A stretch of 64,000 nucleotides of DNA from Phoronis australis. Its lineage: Eukaryota; Animalia; Phoronida. The translations under genes were made by a program, and so were the position numbers. Each line of letters starts with the position of its first letter. The first letter of the stretch is position 1. The stretch is taken from positions 568,959 through 632,958 of the forward strand of contig NMRA01000181.1 of NCBI GenBank assembly GCA_002633005.1, read 5' to 3'. The notes beneath the pieces were generated by a model. The model ran no database searches. It was not told where the DNA came from and saw only the letters and a list, made by a program, of their open reading frames with translations. Shown here one piece after another: positions 25,182 to 40,100 of this stretch.

Positions 25182-28100
25182 GTAAGTACCTAGCATTTAT
25201 TTATCGCATTTATATTTTTATGTTACATATTTTTGCGAAATTTCAAAAATTCATGAAATATTTTCATTATTTTTAATCTTTCAAACTAATTTAACTTAAC
25301 TAATATTTGATACAGGTTTTACAACAAAAAAGACACTTGACGCATATATAAAATGCCTATAGCATGGTTTTTAATTTTTGAATTAATGTTACGATCACAA
25401 TGAAGGCTTAACCATAGTCAATGGTTTAGTCGGTCGCGCCCATAGAAATCAGTACAGCGATTCTTTGTCTGACACACATGGTTCATAGTAACACTTAATG
25501 TTAAATTAGTAAGTTTCGACGTGCTTCGAAATTTCATCAGGTTTACAGTTGGCCTACAAGTAGGTATATGGATTTATGAGGTCGCGAAAGGGGGAGGGGG
25601 CGGGCGCCCACTGTGTCGCCGTTTTTTCTACAAGTTATAAATTTCTTGATTAATGACGGAAACTAACCGACTGGAGAGGTTAGAAGTGCCATATTTTAGA
25701 AACCATTTGGCCCTGAAACACACGCTGCGTAATTTTTAACAGTAAATAAATGTAGATGTAAGCCTGAAATCATTGAAGGAAACGAACATCGTTCAAATGC
25801 ACATGTGCGTGCATGCACGCGGACTTGCGCTATAGAGTTGCATGTGCAGGCGCATGAATATGTAAATTTTTGTACATACTTTGGTGTGTGGACCAACGAT
25901 ATAAATTATATCAATATATGTTATTGCAAGAGCTTGCCAACGGCCAACAGGTGTCATTTTTTCAATAGTGAGGTCACAGTTTCTCCTCATGCTTTCTCGC
26001 CTGTGAAGAGGAATAAACGACTGGAAAAGACATCAAATTCCTTGCATTTTGTGGCCTGAAATGACTTCTCTTCCGGGCTTGCAATAGTAGCACATAGAGG
26101 CGTAGGCCTGTGGCTTTTGTTATAAATTGGGCGAGATATGTTTACAGTTTACAAAATGTTGACATGGCAACAGAATGTCGTAAATAGATCAAAGCCCACT
26201 TTTCCATTGGCGAAATTTAGGTTTTCGGTGCGCGCATGTTTAAAGTAAGATATTTGACACTGTCTAACTTCCCCTGGCGTCGTGACACACCGTTTTCCTC
26301 TGGTGGGCACGATTTGAAGTCTAATGTATAGGAACACTTAGAAACCACAAAACTGCTACAAATGTAGGCATAGACATAGGAGGTCCATCAACCGACGTAT
26401 ACGAGGTGCTCTTGAAATTCCTTCATCAGAGATACATAAACGTAACTGTGCAGGGGTTCACGCTCGGTAAATCCCCGTCTAGACCCGTGCATCTGACTGG
26501 TTGTATCCCAGTTTCTTCCTCCCTTTCAGCTGTTGTATAAAAACAACAAACTCGTAACTAAGTTGACCTTAAAAAGCAGTCTCAGTTTTTCACCAAAATG
26601 TCATTTTATTTCGGTAGCTACAAAGAACACCTAGAATGCTTGCAATTCAAAAGAATCTCATGAAAACATCGAACTTATCAGCACTTACAAAAATTACCAG
26701 CCCAGATCAAAGGTGATTGGAGGATTGAGTGGAAATTCACTTGCCAGCTCTTGTATGACAATGGTCCCACCAGGGCTGCGTTAGTTCCATTGAAGTGTTT
26801 TGCTGTCGAAGCGAGATCATACAAGTCTTGCCTAGAAATTATTATGCATTATAAACGAAGCACGTGACCGGGCATGCGTTCCGTAAAGGCGAGACCTCGC
26901 GAAAACGCGAGAACTCTCTAGACTTCGCGAAATATCGCCATGTATTGCAAGCAACTAACTTCCTTAGCGAAATAGGCCCTACGTGCGTTTGCGAAACTTA
27001 ATCGAAACTAGCTTTACTAGGAATTGTTTTGCGAGTATGAAATGCGATTCAGTAGAATTCAGGAAAGCATTCCGTGGACCAAGTTTCTTGTGAGATTAGT
27101 GAGGTCAAGCAAGACCACTCAAAATCACACGAATGAATTTTTCACGAACATGGTCGACCTTGACCTTACAAGCGTAACCTGGCGAATTTAAGGCCACTGA
27201 AGTGATTGGTCGGTTGGAATGTTGAATTATGGGATATAATTCATAAATTACTGGATGTTGAAACTAGTATTATCGTGACAGGGAAACTTTTAAGGCCGGT
27301 TTGACAGACTGAATTTTCTGAGATATGCTGTGATTCAACATGTTTAAGTCTTCAAGAACAGTCGTGATTGAATACAAATGAATTGAAGTATACGAGAATC
27401 CTCGTAGCAATGTGCTCGTTTTCCACCGGCAATAATAGAATTTCGCACTGGATTTCTTCAGTTTTTGCATGCAGCATGGCATAAATCAAGAAACACGCCC
27501 TTTGGAATTAGTCACCTCGAAACAATTGCTCCGTATCAGGGAAACGGAAGTAAATAATCATTGTTTGTACGTGTGCCTTCGAATATTGACTATCAGATTT
27601 TATTTTTGAATTTTGGAGTAACATTGAATCTTCAAATTTGATTTAATATTTAATTTCAAAAGGAAAATTTAACTGAACACCTGCTCGTGGATCTTCTCGG
27701 CAAATTACTAAATCTACTTTTCGCACGAAGACAACTTCCTTGCCAACAAAGTAATCGAACAAATGAAGCAAGTCATGGAGTTCAAAATGCAGATAACTCC
27801 GTTCATAATACAGACTTCACCAATGTTCAAGCTAACGGTTCCGAAAATAGATCCATCGGCTAAGCAAGACGAGTGTCTATCCCTCCCGGGCAGGCGTAGT
27901 TCTTGCAACAGCAGATGAACAAAGAAACTAGGTACTGATTAAATGAATAACACTAGGAGGTGAATGACAATCAGATTTTTACTTAAACTGGAAATGACGC
28001 CATCATTTTGGTTCACAAACTGGTCGAAATCTGTCAAATTGAAAGATCTGCGACAAGCGTTAAAAATGGAAATCATATCAAAATGGCATACAAGTCAATT

Positions 28101-31100
28101 TACCTTTGAAAACATTATTTTAGTTTAAAAAGCGATTTTTGCCTACCTAAAGTCGTGTGTATCGAAATGCGGGAAACCGAGGGTTCGTGAACGCGCGCAC
28201 GCGATGGGTGGGTGACTGGCCATTACTTTCAAGAGATTACAGTAATTTCTTACTACATAAAACTAAGGAATATTGAATGACGAAAGTAAACCCAGAAACT
28301 GCGGGATCATTACTGTATTTAGGTCATGACAGCATGTACTAAAAACCTCCAATAAATTTCTTCTCATGAATGCGCACGCATCAATTTTCGTTTGTTGTGA
28401 CTCGTTGTCATGCCATAATAAACACTCTAGGTTGCCTTCGCGCAGTGCGGTGAGCCATCGTCTGCTAACCAGGTGAGCAAATAAGAAGCATGCGAATTTG
28501 AAAAAAACCCAACGCCCTCGTATAATTGTGGTCACCGTTTTAATTTATTCGAAACACCAAGATACACCGGGAGCGTGTGTTCACAACTGCTTGACACATG
28601 TAAACCACAAGAAACCAAATACAAAAAGCTTGTAAAACAGTCGACAATTCCATGCGTCGCTGTAGCATTCCAGCGCGTGTCGGCTACACGGTGGAATGAG
28701 TTTCGTGTTGTGCAATTATCAGCACCGGCGGTTTGTAATTTGCAGTTTTGCTGTTATTTTTAAACAAACATAAATAAGTGTCGTGTGTTCAATCAATTCT
28801 GCATATCCAAAAACACAAATAAATAATTAAACTTGCATTTCTTCTTGCTTCGCTGGTTAAACCAAAAAATCGAACGAGGCTTTTTCTCTCATGAAATCGG
28901 CCTCAATCATAATATTCCTCTCTTTTATAAGATTCCATTTCCGCAACCGAGTCAAAGTGAATGCGTGTACAAATGCGTCATTTTCGAAATTGTAATTTTA
29001 AAGTTGACCAACCCCAGTAAACTCTGAAGGGTTTTTTTGAACCGCTGATAGTTTCGATGTTCTTGTTGCATGGGCGGCGCACAGCACGGAATAGGCCTAC
29101 TAGACTCGTTCAACTAATTCACCTGGAAAATTGGAAAGAGATTCGTTTCCTATTGTTTTAGTTGAAATGGATAGACTGAACTTCAACGAGAGCCAATTTA
29201 ATATTTTCTATCTTTCAGATCACCTCTTTTCGATCTAAGCAAAATTACATGTAGAATTTGCGAAAGTTGAGGGTAATGTAATAGCTAAAGAGCCCAGACT
29301 TTCTATAGCCTGAGGCATCACCGGAAAGCCTTAATCCGGCATTGACTGCGTGGTTCGATAGATATCGGTCGACATGCATTGTCAAGAACGCTGTCGATGG
29401 GGGACTGTGATCTCGTCCTCGCACTCCGGTGTTAGCGTGCTTTATATGCTTTGTATGTCCTGCCTTTAACAGACACACAGACGAAGCATTTTGTGCAATT
29501 GTGATAGACAGTTCACCCTTGCAACATGTTCTCAGAATAATTTAAATTGATCGCTTAGGATGCTGCGGCCTGTATTAGTTTCCCCGAATGTTTTTCTGAT
29601 CTACTTTACTAAAGAAGTTTGACGGCTGATAAACTTAACAATACTTCGTTTACATTGCAAGTTCTTTCTCTGAGTAATTTACCACGGGCGTGGTAATTTA
29701 TGAATTACAATAATACAAAACAAAAAACATTTCTACATATTCGTTTATGTAAAGAGTACTGTATGTTTCTGTAATTCCAAACCTGTCTTCAAACGCTCAT
29801 CTAAAAAGTACAAAGGGCACAATAGAGGTTTATCGTTTACTGCCTTATCGCTGAAACAAAAACACACCGATTTAAGTCGGAAGTCGACGATAGGTTTATA
29901 ATTAATGATTAATGAAGTTAATATAGCCTGCTGTGTTCTTTTATAAAGTTGTCGCACAAAACACGCAAAATCGGTGGTTTTACGGACATCTACTTTTTCA
30001 GTAGGAACTCTGGTAGTTAGAATATCACGTTATATCAGGTGTAGAAATATGATTAGACTTTCCTCAGTGTCTAATAACTAAAAATACAACCAATTTTATA
30101 AGTTAGCAACTTCCGAACCGATAACTGAAAAAGGCAAATCTGGGGAAAACATTGTTCGTGTTTAGTAACTCAAACTGTTATTCGAAATTAAAACGCATCA
30201 GCCTGAGGCCACAAAACGAATTTAAGGGCCAGGGATCTAATCTCTACGCCTAACTCAACTCAAAAATTGATTGACCAATTGCAGGGCACGCTTCGAGCAA
30301 TCTTACAAACTTGTACTCGAATTATGCAGCGTGATAGGTTATTAGGTTTCGAGTGAAATGCGAGTCCATAAGTTTAAGCCCGATTAAAGTGTGCAATTTT
30401 TTGCGAGTTCCTCCAGGGCATCCCAGACGTATTTCAAGCTAACATTTGAGTTAACTGCAAAACCTGGCATACAATATGTAACTTAGGAGACTGGTTGTCT
30501 CGCGACACGATACAAAAACGACAAATTAACTGAAAGCACAACAGACCTGATACTGACATTTCCACCAATTGTGTCGAGGTGCAGTGCCCTCGTATCATGT
30601 TTTGACACCTATTATTCCCACCATCCTTAACCAAACAGTCGATTATTAGTACATGTAACATTGAATATTACATTCACGAATTCTATTTCCCCCAAACGAC
30701 AACACAACGTTAACCGAATTTCCTTGTAGGACTTTATTGGTGCCACGGAACTGAGCGTAACGTCAAATAGTCGTAATGACAAGCAACAGCAAATATACCT
30801 GATATCCCCGAAAGAGCTGATCTCTTCCTGAAAAGACCCCCTTCCACAGATATGTGGGCTCTTTCTGCATCTTTTTACATGTCTGACACATGTGGAAAGT
30901 AAGGGCAAGATGTGAATATTCTCTCATAAAAGAATCGCTAAATTATTTCTAGTCGAACACTTGTTAACGGACTTGTCTCAATATCACCTAGCATCGGCGT
31001 AAGGAGGTTTGCTTTACTTTGAGGTGAAACATATGTGAGCGTAACTAGAACCCTCCACCTTCTGGTCCACTCCAGTTTCACCACCGCCCAGTTTAATTTC

Positions 31101-33317
31101 GTCTTGAGGTCGACACAAGTTTTCTCCATATCTGAAAGGGGGTCCCTTAACACGAAAGGCATGCTCCCCAAATGCTCTGATACAAAATGCCATATCATTT
31201 GAAAAATGGAAAAGAGTGACAATTGATTCCACCAAAGGGTCACCCTCTCACAATTAATGCGTCATAGGTTGTACGATTTCACAAAAACAGGAGAAGAGAA
31301 GGGATTCCATCATTGGGACCCCTCCGCGGGTGGCCCCTAAAGAAAAAAATTATGAATAAGGAAAATGGGAACACGTATGTCATCAGCGGACTCCTTTTCG
31401 AGAACTGGGATTTATGATTTATATTTATAACAATTGTTAAGAATTCCATAAAAACCGAAAAAAGAGCGACAGATGGCTCCATTATCCTTTGCCAAAGAAG
31501 GTCCCTGGAAAAATACATCTTTGCTTTTCCTAAAAGCTGTCTTTTTAATTTAAACATGTCAATCAATTTGCTCTGGAAAATCTGCACTTTTAAAAACTTG
31601 GGACCTCCTTACAAATGAAGGCAAATCCAGCACTGGCAGTTGGCAAATGTTTTCTAAAATTTTCTCTTTTCTACACGATACCGGGCACCTTCTCAGTTCC
31701 ATCTGCTCTCGCCCTACGCCTTAACCAGATGGCTCTGTATGACTGAACGTCAAAACATGTTTAAATTATTTATGCAGCTTAGCTCCAAGGCTACCAACGC
31801 CTATGGCACACGCCGCAAAGCTTCACTCTAACGCATGAAAATTATTTTGGAAGATACATATTTTCCCGCCACCCACTTCCTGAATGCCGAGTCCCTGTTT
31901 AGTTGGGCACACGCCCCAGCCATTTCCCCTGCTTCCAAGTTGCCGACAAAATCGGAAACTTTCCTCTTATAATAATGATTGAATGAGTGCATTGTGGGCG
32001 GCAATCCGAGATTCCAAAGATCCACTACTTTTGCGACCACACAGGGACTCTGTTTAGATGCAACGACAGTTCGAGAAAAAAATCATTTCAGAATCTCGGA
32101 AATCTCGTGTGATTTGTTCAATGTTATGATGCAGGGTCGTGCTGCAAAGCACTTCAACAAGTGCCACCTAACGTCTTCAGTGACCGTCACTCATCCGTCC
32201 TTCAGTTGGTTGACTCGAAAACACTGTCACCTTCGATTATTTATAAACCCGTTCGCCAATTGTGAGCTATCCATTCCAATTTGCTCAACTCTTCAGCTCA
32301 AATCCTCCTCTATCCTGCGGTCATAAATACTGCTGAAAAGTAAAAAGCATATAGTTGAGTAAAAAATGCGAAGAAAATTTTGAATAGTGTGTTCGGTTTA
32401 ATTATATTCACATTACTGTAGTCTTAAACTATACGTACGGTGATTTTACACCCCTTTTTGACGCACACGTGCAGCGCACAGGTGTTGACCACATCCATTG
32501 AATGTAAATTGACCCGAGATCCCACCTAATTAGCAAGGTGGATCTGTACATTGAGGTGTGTTCATATGTGCGTGTGTGTGTTCGCGTCAATACTTCATTT
32601 TGACTTCCCTAGTAATTAACATTATCATGTTCATTAACTCATAACTCACCAGAATTAGTGCTAACCTACAGAATTTTCCGGTACGCTGCTCAGTGATTTA
32701 ACCAATATAACCCCATGAAACGAAAAGCAGTAGCTTGGTTAAAGTTTAGTAACACGATCCTTGTGGTTGATTACATTGTCATTTCCTTCCCCTCCTAATG
32801 GCATTTTGTAATACACTGAGGTTATTCTTTCTGCAAACGTAATACATATTAAAGCAGAATCTCTCGTAAGAGCATAGCGCAAAACACCAAACAACAATCG
32901 TACCTTTTTCAAACTTAATTTTGAGAGTTGAAATACGTTTTTAAATCAAGGTAATTGGATTTTAATGAACTCTGACTTCAGAAAGATTCCGCGTTTTGCA
33001 AAACGGGCGTTCAACGAATTCTCGCGACAAAATTCTATGCGGAGTGCACTTCCGGTACTTTCTCGATGTGAAGAAAAACAAACTTTCCTTTCCTGGACCA
33101 TTTTAACATAAAATACAAACCCGGTAATTAAAGTTGTTTTGATAAAGTTTTTACCCTCAAAAACAGTGTGACAGCGGTTACTGATTTTCGGAACTTTAAG
33201 AACAGACAACAATCGCGGTTATTTTCTAAGAAGGAAAACTGTTTCAATGTCAACCTACTTGTAGATGTGGCGTCTGCGGCCAACCCTAAACATCGCCCAT
33301 ATGTAAGCAAACACCAC

Positions 33318-33352
<35 letters not shown>

Positions 33353-34133
33353 GCTCTCTCTCCCTCTCTCCTCCCTCCCTCCTTTCCCGTCTCTCTCTCT
33401 CTCTCCCTCAATAAACGCAACGTTGGCTCGAGTGACTGGTGTTTCTGAGGACATACATCAAAACTTTATGAGATTAGCACGGGATGCAGCATACCACGTG
33501 ACTGCTAACAACTCTGTCAATAGTGAATTTAAAGAGATGTGGCCATAACAACCAACAATTAATTTAAAGAGGGAGAAATATAGTTTCCACTACTTAAGTA
33601 AATATTCCCATTAAGACGCCAGAATTTTGCTCGAAAATCAACCTCAACAAGTATTCTAAGAGAAGCCATTTCGTTTTTGGGTGCATACAATTAACGTTGT
33701 ATAATGACCTTCATTCCAGCTCATATATTCAAAACAGGCTATATCGACTGTGAAAGCATGTATATTCTGAAAGAAAAAATAAGAGATTACAAAAAATATG
33801 TTTTATATTTATGTGTCATAATTATTATTGCGTTACCACCTTTTTAAGTCAAAAGTTTATTTTTAAGACATTTAGAGCAAAATAACCCCTTAGTCAATAG
33901 CAATTAAACTTTTCATTAAATGAGAACTTTTCAAATTACCTCAGCACGCTGTTAGGAATTTTCGAATACTCATATAGGTTTGTATCTATACTAAATTAAC
34001 TCGCAAAACGTAAGATAAGATATTTTTTTTGGTAAAAATAGCAGTCGTATTCTTCTGTAATACAGTACGCAAAAACTANTGTATGTATGTATGTATGTAT
34101 GTATGTATGTATGTATGTATGTATGTATGTATG

Positions 34134-34177
<44 letters not shown>

Positions 34178-37100
34178 TATATGTATGCAGACTGATTGAT
34201 CTTGGTGTGCGATGTATCATACCTGAAAATTCATAAATTTCGAAAGTGGCGAGTGATAAACAGTCCAGACGACTGTGATCAAACCAACGGACGAAGTACA
34301 TATAGTGTACATGACACCTGGGAGCTGTTTCCCGAGGAATCTAATGTTTAACTTATGACTGTTGGCCAAAAGCAGTCTAAGGATGGCCTGTTTCGCGAAA
34401 TTGGGCTGAGGTTAAAAGTCAGAAAACTGCCTGTCTACAACTTAAGGCTAAAATACAAAAATGTGTAGCTTTCTCTTTGGCAATAATTACTCTTCACAAA
34501 ACAGGCACAGTGTGCCCGCGATTTTAAGAAACAGTCCTTAATATGCACTCGACTAAGTTCCCTAAATCCTCTGTGTATTCATGTCTTTCTTTACTCACAG
34601 GTGTTATATTTTTCTATCATTTTACCTTCACCATGAGCTCCTCGTTGACTCAACGACATTTTCTATAATATGGTCGAAAGCTGAGTCCTTATTTCAATGA
34701 AAATAAACAGGGATAGTCCCTGAATTGTGATCCTTGCAGAAAATGTACTATTGTATTTTGGCATCATTTTAGTTTAGTCATCGTGTTTCATAACTTTCTG
34801 TTGTTGTTTACTACCACTTTCTCAGAGAAAGGAATTAATATTGTAGTACATCCCTTATTTGTACATCTTATTTGATTTCTAGTATCTCTAATCCCCCTCC
34901 GCCTCCCCCTCTCCCTCTCCCTCTCCCTCTCTGTCTCTCTCTCTCTCTCTCCCCCTCTCCCTCTCTCTAGGTTAATGAAGAGCAAAATTTTTGTTTACGC
35001 CCGTCACCAGGAACTTCAAAATTAAATACTGTTAACCATAATTAATCTGAACCTAAGATGATTCCACAATGAGTACATTTGATTGGCTTTGCTGGTTCTG
35101 CCGATTCAACAGGCTAAGACATGTGATTGGTTCTCCAGCACGACCTTCGGATTACAGACCAATCAGATGTATTAGCCGGCCGACACGGCAAAGTCAAACA
35201 AGAGCAAGCAATTTTGTATCCTTGGCCCAATAAATAGGACAAAGGAACTCTTCATCATTAGGTTTTTATTGTTTTTAAAAAACATGGAATATGTGACAGA
35301 TAAGAAAAATTATTGAAAAGGATGAAATTTGGCTGTTAATATACAGAAAATATCTTAGACGAACAGTGTCCACTGGTCTATACTAGAACAACTTAGCGCA
35401 CAGGGTCGCTTAGTACACCCTCATGTTGAGAACGTAAGTTATTTGAAATTTACCAAGAGATAGAAATTTCATGCAATCCAGCCAAAGAAAAAATGGCAAC
35501 AATGTGTATGAAAATGTGCGTAGGATAAGAGCTGCTGACGAGTACGGTGAACGAGACGCATTTTAGTGCTTCTATGCTCATTGATGTTGAAGTGTTTATT
35601 TGAATAGGAGGGGAACCTTAACCTTGTTTATGTCACGGACAACTACAAAACTGAGTGTCAGGTCAGCTAAAAATTACTATCGCATCACATGTCGGTTTTT
35701 GCGAACGAGCACCAAATAATTGGTTTCAAAGACGCGTTGTACATGTACAGGCGCACGCACATATAAGCTGCCCCCCAAATGAGGCACAGATAAGCGAGCG
35801 CTTCTGGCGGCAAAAAATGTACAAATCCAACACGTAATACAAATTTGGATGGATTGAACAATCGGTCACGGCAATGCAGAAAGGAGTTGCCCTGTTTCAA
35901 AGCTTGAATCATACCATTCGGACAAACTCAAACTCTTATAAACATTCGCCCTAGATGAGTGCTGAGTGAACACGTAGTTCATTTGTCTTGACATAAAAAG
36001 TCATACCGGCCACGACTTGTTCGTGTAGATTTTGAACCAATGACCACTTGATAATCTGTCTCTAACTACGCTTATTTACATGTACAGTGTACCTGGATAT
36101 GAACACCAAATGTTGTTAATTACAAATAAATAGAACTGAAATGATGTTAAGGCTTGATTGTGTTGGCAATGACGACAATCCTTTGGAAGGTTCATTATGG
36201 CGTCTGAAGGACTGACTCACAACCGCCCACGGCGAAGTGCAATAATTAAAATCATATTGCGACAGGTTTCCCCCATTTGATGTGGGACTTTTACCAAAGA
36301 GCATCAGCAGGAATGGTCTTTTGTGTCTGTCGGTCGTATTTTTCTGTTAAACGATAAATTCTTTGACTGTGGATGGTTCTATTTTTAAATCACCACAGTT
36401 GCATCGTATTACGTCGCAATCTATCATGCTGCATTGCACGCCAGTCACTCGACGTTTTAATACATCGTAAAACTAGATTAAAAACGTATGTCGTTAAAGC
36501 GGCTACTTAATAAACCTACCTCAATCACGAAAACCATTTTTCCATTTAGACTGCTTACCGTTCTTGAAGCATTCCTTAGTCAAATTGGAGACGATTCCAA
36601 AGTTTTGAAAGAACTGACATCTCGTTATTTCTCCCGACAGGTTGTGATGTCATATGTTGAGGAATGAGATCGTGGAAAAATTTGACGGCATATTTTGCCG
36701 ACTTGTCGGTTAAACAGTCACTTCGAAAGAAAATACACGCTAATAAACAATATAGTATTAGAGACTACGGTGTTCCCGACACCAAGAGCTGAATACCTAA
36801 CATTGTTCACCAGATGGTAACCATTGCAAGGAACTATAATTTGTATTAGAAAAATGTGAAACAAAAATAATTTCCCAGAGACTACAAAGAGATAAGAGTT
36901 TCTATAAAGTATGTTTGTAGTTGGTTAGAGAAAAGACGTGAAGCGATATCACCCAAATCTAATATTGAAGGACGGAACATCGCAAAAGTACCTGAGGCCA
37001 GATTCATGTGTTTTCAATAGAGTGTCCTATTAAACTCGTTGCTTCATTGTAAGCCGGTAGAATGAAGAAGACCACACCGGACCGTGTTATAATTGTTAGA

Positions 37101-40100
37101 ACACAGTACCCGACTAACAAGCTAAACTAACGAACGATCTTCCCAGATCCAGTAAAATCGGTTTGAAAGTCGATTTTTTTATGTGAAGTTAATTTTAACA
37201 TTTTTAAAATCCAATAATTTTATCACATTATAATCATGCTTTACAGTGGCACTCTGCGACGAACTCCAGTCACAGCACTACAAATTGCTATACAAACTTT
37301 GCACTGCAATGAAATCTAGATAACTTAGACAAGATCACATTAAGTTTAACTTAAAGTCCCTCTTGATCATGATTTCTTTAACATTTGCATTTTCAGATTG
37401 CGGACTCTCGCGTGTTGAGCAGAAATGGTAAGTTAAACATGCATGGCAATCACACGTTTTTCTTCAGATTGTTTACGAAGTTTATCAAATAATCATAGGT
37501 AGCGTTCCGCAGACCAAGAGTCTCGCGAGTTTGTCCAGTTCCTGCAAGACCACGCAAAACCATTCGAGTGAAAGGCTAGTGTTTCGCTAGTAAGCTTGCG
37601 ACCTTACTGGAGTACATTTACCAAAATGGCTGCCACTGAAATGATTGGTGGACGAGATTAGAATGTCAAAGTGTGGGCGAAAAGCCGCTCTATAAGACAG
37701 GATTTCTCGGCAAATGTCTCGCTGTTACGCAACACACCTCTTTCTAAAGCACGGCCTTCTTAACAATATGATGCGCTACACAACTTCTCACGGGAATAGA
37801 ATGTAAACCGTCCACAAAAGAAACGTGTACGTGCTGGTACAATCAACAATTTCCCAAAAGCTGGACATGCACAATGGTGAGATCATACTGGATTTGTACT
37901 TTTCGAAAAATGAGCCGCTGCAGTTGAACGACACTGGCGCGACATTCTTGCGACAAAATTGCGAATATTTATTTCAGTTAGTTTAGGTAGCCACGGGCTA
38001 ATGTAATGAATTTTTGTTGCTTTTTCAGGTGACACAGACATAGCTTTTCTTGTCGATATTTCAAAACAACCTTTATATTTAATACAAGAATTAGACTTTG
38101 CTGTCAACACTTTAGACGCATTCTCATCACTGGGGTTGTCAGTGAACTATGGATTGATCACTTATGCCGCAAATGAAGATCCCGAAATACGGATACCCCT
38201 CAGACCTTTGGCGAGCAAAAACGAGACCGAATGGAGAACAGACATACAACAGATAGCCGACTTCCGTAAAGGCGAGGAAGGTAGTGGCGAGAATGAGAAC
38301 ACAAATACGGATTTGTCCGTGAGGTCGAACGTGAGTGAAGCTCTTCGTTTGATGCACACACATCTGTTTTCCGATGAAGAGACCACCAGGCGGCGTTATA
38401 GTATCCTGCTCGTGGGAGACAGAGTGAACGATTATGAACAAGCTGTCAGGGAATTGAGTAAGGTATGAAATGTGTTGCCGGGGTGTGACATTCTTATCTT
38501 TTATTTGCTAGCATAAAATTATTGCAAGAAAAATGGGGATCTCAGAAGCAACCCTGTATTTTTCTACCGACGAAACGTTCTATTTTAATCTGTGATTTGA
38601 AATTTCACGGCTTGAACAATGAGATGAGAGCAAGAAGCCGCCCATAACGGAGGGAGGGTCGTCAATCATAAGGAATTGAAAATGATGATGGTAAGAGTGA
38701 ATTGATTCGATAAAAGCAAGCAAATTCGGACCCAAAGTATTATTTTAAATTCCATTTTATTGGTCAAAAGGCTGACAAACATGTAGTGTGTGCTTAAGAA
38801 TTTTAAAATCGAATTTTCTGATGACTCGTAAATGTTGCTGCCAACTGTCTATGACGAGGAATAATCGATTGTCTCTTGCGTGTATGGCTGGAAATTGTTG
38901 AGACTTCGTTTGATGAAAATGGTGCCTCAAAATAATAGATTTGCTCTTACGAGAGTTGATGGATCTTGCTGAAATTTCGTGTGGTGGGAATGATGTCTCG
39001 AGACAATGCGTCGTGTACAGTTACTGTCTGTACTTGATGACACAAAGCTATGCCTAAATTGTTATTTTTCGGCCTATGTGAACAATGCATTGGGACGTAA
39101 GGTTACTTAAAAATTACTTGATTTAATGCATGTAAAAACTACTAAGCACGGAAACTACTGTAACGCAAGCTGAACGCTGACGTGCATTCCGTAGACATAG
39201 TTTCTTGCGACAAAAGAAAAACATCGCAAAATCTCACCAGATATTGCCTTGTATTGTAAGCGAAACACCTGATCACACTTGCTACCTTAGCGAGATTCCT
39301 GGGTCAAAGAAACTCTTTCCAGGGTCAAGTCCAGTAACGCTAGTACCTCGCCAGAAAAACATGATCTCGCGAGATTCCGCGATATATTGCATTATATTTT
39401 CAATGAGAGCACGTAATGTTACATTTTTCTCGCCATGAGCCAGCTATGAGACTTCACCCTTGTCAAACGAGTTGACATTGACGTTTACTGGCCTTCATGC
39501 TGTTACCGCTGTGTTGACCCAAACATTGTCTTGAGGTCGCTCAGCAGGAGGGGGAGCATTGTCGGCATTTTTTTTGTTTTTGAAGTGAGCGGTTTTATGT
39601 TACGCCCACTGTCCAAAACTGTTATATTAAAAGAGCAAGGGTAAAGTAGGTCAAGATAATTTGTTTTCCTGGCGTCCTCAACCAAAAGTGCGACATCAAA
39701 GCCAGTACGACAACAATGTCTACCACCGGTCAAAACTTAAGTCATCAACTTCCGGCTTCTACCTAAAAGTACATTAGTCAAATAGGATAGACTACAATAG
39801 TTGGAAGCTCCATATGCCAATGTGTGGATGTTAAGTTTTGTTTTCCGGGTAAATGTGACTGTAGGCTAAATTGAATATCCAGGCTAAAGGTGTAGCCTAC
39901 TAGCCCTGTTTACCTAGCTGAAAAGCGTAAGTCACCGTCTTAGATATTTTACTCTCATAAAATTGGTCCCGTAGAATTCCTTACCGTGTTAGGATTATAC
40001 TTCTGTTGCCAACTCATATCACAGGAATTGCACCATTTTGAAATTCGAAAGTTTAAAATTGTCGATCCCTCTCCAGTAAATTTCGAAGCGGTTCTTGAGT

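Noticed and set aside
25797-25860. Perfect palindrome GCGTGCATGCACGC in an alternating purine-pyrimidine tract
   Set aside because: Short low-complexity feature with no further evidence of function
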